Source: Mobula hypostoma
Lineage: Eukaryota
Assembly: GCF_963921235.1 (NCBI RefSeq)
Contig: NC_086108.1
Span: 84,322,001-84,386,000 of the forward strand
Reading direction: 5' to 3'
Length of the DNA: 64,000 bases
The notes beneath the pieces are model-generated. The model saw nothing but the letters and a program-made list of their open reading frames with translations. It was not told the DNA's origin and did not search any database. Both the position numbers and the translations under genes were made by a program. Positions 52,731-64,000 of the stretch are shown here, one piece after another; the first letter of the stretch is position 1; every line of letters starts with the position of its first letter.

Positions 52731-54194
52731 CTTCACATTATTCCTACAATTTTACAGCACCTATTTGGAAGAAACAAAATTATTAGATTTGTGAAGATTG
52801 AGGGTAAAACACAAAATCACCTACAGACTACTTTACGAAAATAGCTACATTCATAAAAAATACTTGTGGGAAGTAACTGGAAAGAAAGGAACTACAGTCC
52901 ATTCATAAGTCCTTCAGAGTAAAGTACCACATCACGAGCTTTCAAGTTCTTGATTACATCAACTCACAAGTACAAGACATAAGAATAGTACAAGACATAA
53001 TAATAATTCTATTATTAATTTTAAAATTAATAGTAGAAATACTGCTTTTGTAGAACAATCAATTGCTATCCAGTATTAGAATAGACTTCTGATACTCTGA
53101 TCTTAAGATCATATAATTATTTCCGGAGAGCCTTCTCGTTTCCACTTGGTGAGTATGGTCTAGTGCAGAATGCATGGTTTTTGGTAAAAGAGGTTTTTGA
53201 TAATAACATATCAAGTAATCCCAGCATCTTCTGAGCCAGCAATAATTTATTTTGTAATTGCTGATTGACAAGTCTGTGCACAGCAAATCTGCTGGACATT
53301 TCTGACATCCTGTAGGGCTCTGGGTCAACAGACCAAAAAAAAGGCTGTATGATGCATTTTACATTATTTATAAAATATCACTATCTGTTAACTTGACTCA
53401 TCACTTTCCACATAAAACTAAAGTAACATAAAATCAGATAGCCATGCATATGCATCCTTCATACTTACCATAACCTCAGGTCATAAAATCAGATTGGCGA
53501 GTGTGAACAATTCTATACTATCAATAATTGCCACTAATGTCTAAGTATGTCCCAGAATACAGGATATTAACACCAATCATTTTTGGACAATGTTACAAGG
53601 AAAGTCCTCTACTAGGAGAAAGGAGAAAGAGCTCACCTATGTCAACCGATATACATTCCATTCACTACTTTGTTACAATCCCAGACAGTAAAATAACTAA
53701 TGCAGTATTTTTTAAAAAATAAGTGTCATTAATCAGACTTACAATGGAGGCAAGTATGAGAAGGAGCAGAATGGAACTTATTGCAAGAAGGATACCAATG
53801 AATATAATACTAAAACGGGAAACATTTCTTTAACAAAGGCTTGCACATTGAACTCACTGCAATAAGTAGCAGCACAAAAGCAGCCGCTTGCAGTGCTGCA
53901 GCTACCAGACAGTCACGTTTGATTATGACCACATGGGTTTTACCAGCAGCTTTTTCCAGTTTGCTCCTGTATCCTGAGTATTTGCTAGTTTACAGGCTCC
54001 TGTTATTACCTGTAGTGTCAGTAGGAAAGAGGAAAATCAGGGGGAGTATGATGTTGAAGGATTTTCTCTGAAAGCTGGCATAGATGTGATGGGACAATGG
54101 GTTCCTTGTCATAAGAATATAAATGAAATAGGAATACCTCACAGAACACAACCATTCAATGCAACTAGTGTCTCCCTCACATGAATGCTTGTGT

Positions 54195-54429
54195 TGGGCA
54201 CGTGGCCAAGTGGTTAAGGCGCTCGTCTAGTGATCAGAAGGTCGCTAGTTCAAGCCCCAGCTGTGGTAGCATGTTTGTGTCCTTGAGCAAGGCACTTAAC
54301 CACACATTGCTCTAGTGTCTGTGCGAGGGGTGGCGCCCCACACAGACTTCCAATCTGCGCCCTGTAAGGGCATGAAAATGCCCGACGCAGGCCTCTCACG
54401 GTCTGAGTCGACATTCCCTCCCCGCTCCC
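54195..54429 (+). mobile_element. tRNA/CORE-like SINE with an alternative 3' half
   Basis: Same head as 38569 SINE; 15-bp TSD CTCCCTCACATGAAT (54172-54186 and 54430-54444). Confidence 0.85.
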
Positions 54430-55562
54430 CTCCCTCACATGAATAGCTGGCTTTTCCTCTCTAAGGAATCTTCAGTAACGTAAGACATGACATTGGTATT
54501 AAGTAATGCAAATTTTGAGGTTCATTGTTCAAACAATTCAGGTAAAATACATAGCAAGGTTCACAGAGAAAGAGATTGAGGCCAAGCTCTAAAAGGGGTG
54601 AAATTTAGCAAAGTTCAAAGTTCAAATTAAATTTATTATTAAAGTACATATGTGTCACTATGTACAACCCTGAGATTCATTTTCTTGTGGGCATCCACAG
54701 CAAATAAAAGAAACACAACAGAGTTAATGAAATACCGCACCCAGCAGCACAGACAAAGGACAAGCTCAGACGAAGCAGAGGATGATGCAAGATAAACAAG
54801 AATTAAAGGATGAGAGATTTTTTTAAAAGACAGTACCAAAGGCTCAGAAATGGAGGCAGCTAAAAATCTGGCAGGGAGTTTCACTTCAAATTCTTGACTT
54901 CGAAATATTCTGTAATTCCAAAGCTTGTTCCTGCAATTAAAGATATTGCAGTCATGTGTGTTTAGACATAATCTCAGAACGGTGTATTAGTATGAACAGT
55001 TTTACCTGAGTGAGGCATGTCTCTTCCCCCTCCAGTATCTTTACATGATCAGATTGCTTGTCCAAAACCAAGAACTAAACAACCAGAAATTTTCATCCAC
55101 CATGTACAAGGAAGACCAATCCACCATCTTTAACACTTCGCACAAATTCTGTACCCTGGAAGTTCCATTATATGTTCACTGTCTGAAAATGAACCAACCT
55201 GCTCACAACTTTCTTGTCATTCCCATTTCTGAGTGTAATTTTGGATATCCTATCACATTGCTTCAGACTACATATTCCCATCACCCTCATCATCACCCTT
55301 ACTCTCTCTTTTACTGTCCTCAACCCTACATGATTATTTACTGACTTTAATGCTTCACTCCATTAACCTGAAGTCAACGAAAAAAATCTGCTGCCCATGC
55401 CTCACCAAATTGCATTGAATCACTTGAATCATGCACACTCTTAACCCAACAGGCACTTGATTTTAATAGTCCTCCAGTCTTTCTTCTCCCTATCACAATA
55501 ATCTCCCCAAGACGTATAACCCTCTAAGGTATTTGCTTTCTTCGCGGTCCCTTTAATCAATT

Positions 55563-55868
55563 GGGCAGCACGTTAGCACACTGCTTTACAGTACAGGCAT
55601 CCCGGGTTCAATTCCAGGCACTGCCTATAAGGAGCTTGCACGTTCCCCCCATGACTGTATGGGTTTCCTCCGGGTGATCCGGTTTCCTCCCACAGTCCAA
55701 AAGACGTACTGGTTGATAGGTGAACTGGTCGGTAGGTGAACAGGTCACTGTAAATTGTCCTGTGATTAAACCAGCTTTAAATTGATTGGTTGTTATGCCT
55801 CATGGCTTGAAGACCCAGACGGGCCAACTCCAGCTGTTTCTCAATCAATCAATCAATAAATAAATAAA
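55563..55868 (+). mobile_element. V-SINE / HE1-like SINE
   Basis: B box GGTTCAATTCC; V domain GGGTTTCCTCCGGGTGATCCGGTTTCCTCCCACAGTCCAAA; (AATC)n(AATA)n tail. Confidence 0.8.
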
Positions 55869-56589
55869 ACCATACTGCTGACAATCATTCTTAAGGATGC
55901 CAACATCCTAACCTGTGGAATTTGCTTTCCAAACCACTCTATTTCCATCTTTACAATATTCCTTAAAACCTCTACCTTTGATAAGAGTATTCACTCAATT
56001 ACTACAGAGTCTGAATTTGTAGCACAGGGTTTTTTTTTGCTTGATAACACCTCATGTTTTGAGTGTTCTAGTTACATATACAGTTTGTTACAAATGTAAA
56101 TTCTTGTTGCTGTTCCAACTGAATTTTTAAAGATCTTTTAAATCAAAGTTTAAAAAATGTTTTCAGTACTGCTGCATTTTTTTTCAATTGACATGAATTG
56201 CATTATCAGGTTAGAAAAAAACAACAACGTTATTGAAGACGTGACCTATAGAAGCCAGCATCTGGACTTGACACTGGAGCTACAAGTGCCTTCACACTGC
56301 TCTGGGAAGATGTTTGGTAGTCTAACTGGAAACATTACAACAGCCAAATTTCTGGTCCATACAGGACTAAATAACCTTCAACAGCCCAAGGGCACTTCAA
56401 ATAATTTGTGTAATATTCGACTCCATCACAAAATTGACGATCTGAATTATATTACAACCTTCCAGTCTTAAACCTATGTGCAATGTATTAACGGTTTTTT
56501 GGATACATACAACGATTTTAAATACCGAATATAGCAAATTAAATCTAACATGGCATTTATATTCATTTCACAACGATTTATATAGGCTG

Positions 56590-57400
56590 ATATTCCGTCG
56601 TTAGCCACCCCGCGACTCGTCCTCCTTTTAAAATGATGATCGGGTTGCAGCTGGCACGGTATCACTCTCCGGGGCGATCTGCAAACGTCCTCTGAGCCTG
56701 CTGTAAGGATGCGGCTGTGAATTGCACACAGGACGATCCCGCTGACACTTACCCCTTCCGTGAGTGAAGACGTGCTGGCTGAATCGGCTAGGAAGAAGGC
56801 TGGTACGGTTCATTACTTTTTTGACACTTCACAAATCAACCGGCTGACTGCCCATCGTCAGCGTGGGCGCTCGCATCAACGACGGTGCAGGGCTCACGAC
56901 GGCATATCAGACTCGAAGTACCTTCTACCCCTTGGCTGGCATTCCCCTTCTCCTCTTCTTAGAAGCACCAGTCGGATCCGGAAGCCATCCGCCCCTCAAG
57001 CTGCAGGGAAACACTCAGCTGTGCAGAGGCTAGGTTGTCGCGCCTGCGCACTCCAGCCTTCGGGGAGTCCGCCGATGGAGCGGCACGTCTGCAGACCCCA
57101 GGTGCAGAGGAAGGCGGCGTCGTTCATCGGCATTCTTATCCGCTCTCTTCCCACAGGCCTCTCCGTCCCATTCTCTATTTTTACATCAGGTCGCGCTGGC
57201 TGCCGACTAACGGTCCGCGTCTTTTCTACGGCGTGCAGCTCTTTCGCTAAGAGCTCCTCTCGCTACGGAGGGGGTACAGTACCCTCGTATCGCGTAGGGA
57301 CGCGCCGCGGCACTTTGGTAAAATCTCGGCTCGGTGGTAGGCTAGCCATCTTGGTAAAGGTGGCGCTCCCCGTGAACCGACAAGCACCAAATCAAGTGCA
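56590..57400 (-). promoter_or_regulatory. ST3GAL3: CpG-rich putative ST3GAL3 promoter and non-coding exon 1
   Basis: Only CpG-dense non-repeat stretch of the window, about 4 kb upstream of the coding exon; strong minus-strand donor GGG|gtaagt with exon ending at 56753. Confidence 0.6.
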
Positions 57401-57491
57401 AATCAAACTTCTCACTTCCCAAAAGAGGGTCAAGGGAACCCGTACTAGAACATGTCTTCACATTTAGTGATCTGTTTCTTCCATTGCTGTT

Positions 57492-57690
57492 TAACACACA
57501 CGAAATACTCGAGGAACTCAGCAGGTCAGATAGCATATTTGGAGGCAAAAGGATCGTCGGCGTGTCAACCTGAGACCCTTCATTAATAACACGGACACGT
57601 CTCGGTCCAAACGTCGCCCGTTCATTTTCCTCCGTAGATGCTGTCTGTATCGTTGAGTTGTTCCAGCATTTTGCGCGCGTTGCTCCAGAT
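57492..57690. mobile_element. Old PLE terminus fold-back
   Basis: GAGGAACTCAGCAGG...GAGACCCTTCAT / TAGATGCTG...CCAGCATTTTG. Confidence 0.7.
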
Positions 57691-58339
57691 TTGTGGTACT
57701 TGCTTTATTGTTCTATTTGTTTGAAGTAGATTTACTTAATGTGATTTCTCCAACTTTCTGCTGCAACGTTGTCTATCCATTCAACAAAAAGACTGTTAAA
57801 TCAATCGAACTGAGTAATTGCAACATCAGAATTAGGATTAATATCACAGGCATATGCCGTGAAATGTGTTAAAATTGCGGCACAATGCAATACATAATAT
57901 AGGGGAAATGTGAGATATATATACTGTATGTGTATATCAAATAGTTAAATAAGTAATGCAGAAACATAAATAGAAAGTAATGAGGTAGTGTTCATGGTTT
58001 CTATGTATAGTCAGAAATGGATGGCAGAGGGAAAGAAGCTGTTCCTGAATCTCAACATGAATCATACATGTAATTACTGAGTCTCAGCATACATATACTT
58101 ACTGTAATTGATTTCCTTTCTAAAATATTATCATGTATTGCACTGCAGCTACTAAGTTTTAAAAAATCACAACACATGTCAGAGGTATCAATAATCAGCT
58201 TTCAAGAATCACCAGATTCTGGAATGGTTCTGGAAGACTGGAAAATTGCAAGTGTCACTCCACTCTTCAAGAAGAGACAGAGAGGCAGAATTATAGGCCA
58301 ACTTGTCTGACCACACTGGTTGGGAGGATGTTAGAGTGC

Positions 58340-61010
58340 ATAAGACATACGAGCAGAATAAAGCCATTCAGCCCATTGAATCTTCTATGTCAATCCATCG
58401 TGGCTGATCCTGGACCCCACTCAACCCCATAGACCTGCCTTCTTTTGATATCCTTTGATACCCTGACCTATCAACTTCCACTTTAAATATACCAACGGAT
58501 TTGGCCTCCATCACATTCTGTAGCAGAGCATTCCACAGATTCACTATTCTCTGGCTAAACAAAATTCCTTGTTACCTCTGATCTAAATGGTTTCCCCTCA
58601 ATTTTGAGACTGTACCCTCTGGTTCTGGATACCCACACCATAGGAACCATTCTCTCTACATTCACCAAATCCAGTCTTTTCCACATTTGGCAGGTTTCAA
58701 TGAGATTCCCCCCCCCCCACATTCTTCTTCTGAGTACAGGCCCAAAGCTACCAAATGCTCCTCATATGTTAACCCTTTCATTCCTGGAATCATGCTCATG
58801 AACCTCCTCTGGACTCTGCCATGACAACACACCCTTTATGAGATAAAGGCCCCTAAACTGTTGACAATACTCCAAGTGCGGCCTGACTAGTCTCTTATAA
58901 ATCCTCCGCATTATCTCTTTGCATTTATATTCTATTCCCCTTGAAATAAATGCCAACATTGCATTTGCCTTCTTTACCACAGACTCAACCTGTAAATTAA
59001 CCTGGGAGTCTTGCATGACGACTCCCAAGTCCTTCTGCATTTCTGATGTTTGAAACTTCTCCCCATTTAGACAATAGTCCATGCTATCGTTCCTTTTACC
59101 AAAATGCATTATTGTACATTTCCTGCACTAAATTCCATCTGCCACTTTTTTGCCCATTCTTCCAATTTGTCTAATTTTCCACCTATCTTCATATCATATG
59201 CAAACTTTGCTACAAAGCCATCAATCCATTAACCAAATCATTAACAAACAATGTGAAAAGTAGTGGTCCCAATACTGACCCCTGAGGAACACCACTAGTC
59301 ACTGGCAGCCAACCGGAAAAGGCCCCTTTTATTCCATTCGCTGCCTCCCGCCTGTCAGCCATTTCTCTATGCATGCCAGTATCTTTCCTGTAATGCCACA
59401 GGATGTTATCTTGCTAAGCAGCCTCATGTGCAGCACATTATCAAATACCTTCTGAAAATCCAAGTAAATGACATCCACTACCTCTCCTTTGTCCACCCAG
59501 CTTGTTACTTCCTTGAAGAATTCTAACAGATTTGTCAGGCAAAATTTCTCTTTAGAGAAACCACGCTGACTTTGAATTAATCACTGGTCTCCAAGCACCC
59601 TGAAATCTCATCCTTAATAATAACACTTTCCCAGCCACTGAGGTTAGGCTAACTAGCCTATAATTTCCTTTCTTTTGCCTTCTTCCCTTCTTTAAGAGTG
59701 GAATGAGCCATTTCCAGTCCTTCGGGACCATACCAGAATCAAGTGATTCTTGAAAGATCATAACCAATGCATCTGTTATCTCTTCATCAATCTCTCTCAG
59801 GAACCTGGATTGTAGGTGACTTACCCACCTTTAGACCCTTGAGTTTGCCTAGCACTTTTTCCTTTGTAACAGCAATGGCCTCACTCCTGCTCCCTGACAC
59901 TCATAGACCTCTGACACACTGCTGATGTCTTCCACAATGAAGACAGATGCAAAGTACCCATTAAGTTCATCTGCCATTTCTTTGTCCCCCATTACTATCT
60001 CACCAGCATCATTTTCCAAGTTGTCCAGTATCAACTCTCACTTCCCTTTTACTCTTTATATAACTGAAAAAAAAATTCTGGTATGCTGCTTTATATTATT
60101 GGCTAGTTTGCCCATATATGTCATGTTTTCCCTTCTTATAGCTTTTTTTAGTTGCCTTTTGCTGGATTTTAAAATCTTCCCAATCATCCAACTTCCCACT
60201 CACTTTTGCTACCTTATATGCCCTTTCCTTAGCTTTTATGCAGTCCTTAACTTCCCTTGTCTGTCACACTTGCCTACCCCTGCCATATCTGTGCTATTCC
60301 CAGAAACTTCAGCCACCTCTGTTCTGCCGTCATCCCCGCCAGTATCCTCCTCCAATCCACCTGGGCAAGATCTTCTCTCATGTCTCTGTAAATTCCGTTA
60401 TTCATTTGCGAAACTGATACATGCTTCTCCCTCTCAAATTGCAGTATGAATTCAATCATATTATGATCACTGCCTCCTAAAGGTTCCATTGCATTAAGAT
60501 CTAGGTTATTACTCAACACCCAATCTAAAATAGCCTTCCCCTAGTAGGCTCAAGAACAAGCTGCTCTGAAAAGCCATCTCATAGGTATGCAACAAACTCC
60601 CTCTCATGCGATCCAACACCAACCTGATTTTCCCAATCCCCTTTCATATTGAAGTCCCCATTACATTTGTGTCATTACTCTTATTACATGCCTTTTCCAG
60701 CTCCCTTTGCAATCTTAATCCTACATCTTGGCTACTATTTGGAGGCCTATATATGATTCCCATAATGTTTTTTTCACACCCTTGCAATTTCTTAACTCCA
60801 CCCACAAAGATTCAGCATTCTCTGACTCTATTTTACCTCTTTAAGATGTAATTCCATCTCTTACCAACACAGCCACACCACCGTCTATGCCTTCCTGCCT
60901 GTCCTTTTGATATGAAGTATATCCTTTGATGTTAAGCTCCCAACTATGACTTACTTTCAGCCATGAGTCATTGATACCTACAATGTCATACCAACCAATC
61001 TGTATTTGCA
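58340..61010 (-). mobile_element. CR1 LINE (endonuclease to 3' tail, about 2.7 kb, degraded)
   Basis: EPLGGSDHNMIEF, MADELNGYFASVF, GNYRLVSLTS, RLVRPHLEYCQQF. Confidence 0.9.
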
Positions 61011-61487
61011 GATGTCTTATGGTCTTACAATAATCCTGATTCTGAAAACACTAAGCAGCCCAGTCATCATCTATGGGAAGAGAAAGAGATATTATTTAAG
61101 AATGAAGGGAAACATTTGTTCTGAGTTGCAGAGATGGATAAAACAAAGTAAATACAGGATGAGGCAACAGGGTTAGAATCGGATCATGTTATTTGTCTGT
61201 ATTATGTATTGCTGAAAGAAAATCTAATTTTTAAAAAACTGAGCCAAAATCATGACAAACAGAAATGGCCAATTCTGATAAAGGCAGGAGAGTGAGTTGG
61301 AGAATTCAACATAGAATACATGAGACCATAACAAACCAAACAGAAGATGAGGTGGTATTCTTCAAGGATGCATTGGGCCTCGTGTCATTGCAGAGACAAC
61401 AGCCAGAGTGACAGTCAAACAGAAGCTGAGTAGCTTCATAGATCTATTTGTGCTTTCTTGCTGCTAATTTATGAACTAAATGAAATA

Positions 61488-62004
61488 CAGTACTGTGCAC
61501 GAGTCTGAGGCACATATAGATCTAGCTCGGGTGCCTAAGACTTTTGCACAGTACTGTATTTGTCAATGTGGAGTGGAGTACGTTTATAAATTTGGCGGGA
61601 GCAAAGGATGTTGGGAATGCCAAGGGTGGCAGAGATGGGGTGCAGGAGCAGGAGGTGGTGTGGGTACAGACAACTCAGCCCTGAGACAATAAGCAAGGTC
61701 ATTTGATTCCAAATGATTGGTTTAAAAATGATTACAATAATGTCTCTCCGGTACTTCCCGCTCCCTCCCCTCTGTCTTCCACTTTTTTTTTCTCAACCAT
61801 GATTCCCCTCTCCCTGTCCCCCTCCTACTCACAGACCACAATAGAAACTCATATCAGAATCAGATTTATCATCACTCACATATGTCATGAAATTTGTTTC
61901 TTTTAGTGGCAGCAGTACAGTGTAATACATAAAATCACTACAGTACTGTGTAAAAGTCTTAGGCATCTGAGCTGTATATATGTGCCTAAGACCGCACAGT
62001 ACTA
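61488..62004. mobile_element. Tc1/mariner-like composite: two ~65-70-bp TIR-TIR mini units flanking about 380 bp
   Basis: TA-CAGTACTGTGCA...TGCACAGTACTG-TA at 61488-61556 and an inverted copy at 61941-62004. Confidence 0.75.
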
Positions 62005-62887
62005 TAACTTCTCATTAAATTTTGCAAGTCTTTTCATTTCTCTTAAACCTTTTCCACTTCCAAGTGTACATATTGCAATTTCTAATTTCAACTATATACT
62101 CTTTTTTTTGAAGCCTTTATAGATTTGCTAGAATATTTTAGCGAGATTGTAATGCCTCAACCTCCCTTAAAGTTAAGGTAACAAAACAGATGGTTTGCAT
62201 CAGATTCATTTGCTGGAAGCTACTTTACAAAGTAACAAATTGATCTTTTAAGTTGCAATTTTATGGCATAGTAGTATATTTTCTCAGTGCCCTATTCTAT
62301 TGAAAGTGACCCATTTATATCATTGAGCAAAGTTTTTAAAAAAAAAAGTCAATGTAATCAAGAATAGTTGGAGATATGCTCAATAAACATAATTTTGATT
62401 GAAGTCATTCTGCTTACAGTGTGGATCTGAAGGAATTATACAGATTGGAGAAATCCAGGCAGAGTGGCTGAGAGGGAATAGAATTATTGAAGTTTATTTT
62501 TGTTGCTTGTATGGAACAGGTTTTATTTGAGGAGTCAATTTTATCCCAATGCAGGATTTAAAGAATGCAATGGTTAGACTTGAACACCCAAGTTTAATTA
62601 ATACAAAACCCAAGTGGTCTTCTTCTTTCCAATGTCAGGGCAACTGCCATTACAAGTTTAGCATTAAGAAAGAACTAAAAACTTAATTAGCTATTTTGTA
62701 AATCCATTTTTGTATAAATTAGAAAGCTTCTACTTTTTAAGTAAATGAAGTTTCCACTCAACACAATTTAAACAAAAGTTTAATGATGTAGATGATAATT
62801 TGAACACATAAATGTGTAAAATGTTGCAGTTCAAGTTGGGATCTTATAAGTTTTATACAAAGAAATGCACATGTCAAAGGCAATGTA

Positions 62888-63332
62888 CTTACTTACTTAT
62901 TTAGCAATACCATGCGGAACAGGCTCTTCTTGCCCATCAAGTTGCACTGCCCAGCAACCCACCTACTTAAACCCGAGCCATATCACAGGACAGTTCACTT
63001 ACTAACCAGTACACCTTTGAAATGTGGGAGGAAACTCACGCGTTCAGAGGGAGGACGTACAAACTCCTTACAGGCAGCACCAGAATCCCAGCACCCTGAA
63101 CTGTAATAGCATTGTGAGCACACTCATTGGAAAAACAGCACCAAGACAACACTGGAGGACAGTGCCTTCAATTGCAGTCGCTGCAGCTGAGACTGTCACT
63201 CCTGTGTGGGACTTTACAGCCACAACAGACGTTGCTCTAACGCAGACTGAAGAAAGACTTTCCAGGCACAGATCCATGGTCTCGTGAGACTAACGGATGC
63301 CACCACCAACCGCTACGCTACTGTGACACCCA
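62888..63332 (-). mobile_element. V-SINE-like element split by an RTE fragment
   Basis: TGTGGGAGGAAAC...GTACAAACTCCTTACAG; head resumes at 63308. Confidence 0.65.
63119..63310 (+). mobile_element. RTE-clade LINE 3' end
   Basis: FNCSRCS*DCHSCVGLYSHNRRC C-terminal zinc-finger-like motif, then 3' UTR ending GAGACTAACGGATGCC. Confidence 0.8.
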
Positions 63333-63849
63333 CTGTATGGGAAATGAAAAGCCCAAGCTTTTCATTCCAAACAGCACTTCTTTCAAAATGGAAATAAGTA
63401 GTACATAGTATTTTTTTATCTCACAGAAACGGGTTATTTAAACCAAGTCTTTAAGCACATTTCATCCACCATTTCCTTCCATTCCTTTCTCTCTCATGTA
63501 CTTATGATCTATACTGCTCAGGTCAAATAATCCACGTGCTACATAGTTCTGTATTCTACACAACCTCCACCAGGATACTACTGAATTCTTGAGAAAACCT
63601 TTATAACACTAAAGGCTGCAAATCATGCCATCTCTATACAAGCAATGCAGTCCCATTCCCATATGTTTCTCCACTAGCCTGCACTTCTTGGAACCTATTC
63701 AATTTCTCTCCAGAACTTCAAAACGGTATTTATTAGTAACCAGATATTCCTCTCTAACAAACATGCAGTACTTAATAGAATTCAAACTATTCAAACCTCA
63801 GCAACAATCAGGTTATAAAGAGAAGCAAAGTAAGACGACCATCTGCTCA

Positions 63850-63928
63850 TTTCCTGAACTGCTGAGTTCTTCCAGCATTTTGTGCGTGTTACTATGGATT
63901 TCCAACATCTGCAGACTTCCTCATGTTC
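63850..63928 (+). mobile_element. PLE extreme 3' terminus
   Basis: TGCTGAGTTCTTCCAGCATTTTGTGCGTGTT...CATCTGCAGA. Confidence 0.7.
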
Positions 63929-64000
63929 ATAAAGAAAGATGTTAAATGGATTCCATGCTCCTCCATATTTTACTTTAAAAGCAACTACAGTTCCTAAAAT

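Noticed and set aside
56760..57467. 235-aa plus-strand ORF
   Set aside because: Arg/Ser-rich with no domain; expected by chance in a GC-rich promoter region

Overview
Repeat-dense vertebrate genomic DNA, inferred to be from a cartilaginous fish (probably a ray) from its HE1/V-SINE, CR1, Rex1/Babar, L1 and Penelope content. One host gene is recognisable on the minus strand: ST3GAL3 (alpha-2,3-sialyltransferase). It has a CpG-rich putative promoter and non-coding exon 1 at about 56.6-57.4 kb and its first coding exon at 52613-52760. Everything to the left (about 52 kb) appears to be one large intron filled with nested transposons. The most striking signal is roughly 19 copies of a Penelope-like element (PLE) terminus, most carrying an intact or decayed minimal type-I hammerhead ribozyme (AGUC-CUGANGA-A-GGG...CCY-GAAAC-GUC/GACU). 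Its helix III has no loop, so it could form only as a dimer. At least six copies are small fold-back palindromes with their own 10-14 bp target-site duplications (TSDs), and their inversion points fall inside the ribozyme. Also present: a LINE/SINE partner pair (RTE 3' tail), a Gmr1-like Gypsy relic, a gag-pro-only PNMA-like Gypsy, Harbinger, hAT and Tc1 non-autonomous elements, and multi-level nested insertions. All family assignments are by eye from motifs; no database searches were run.
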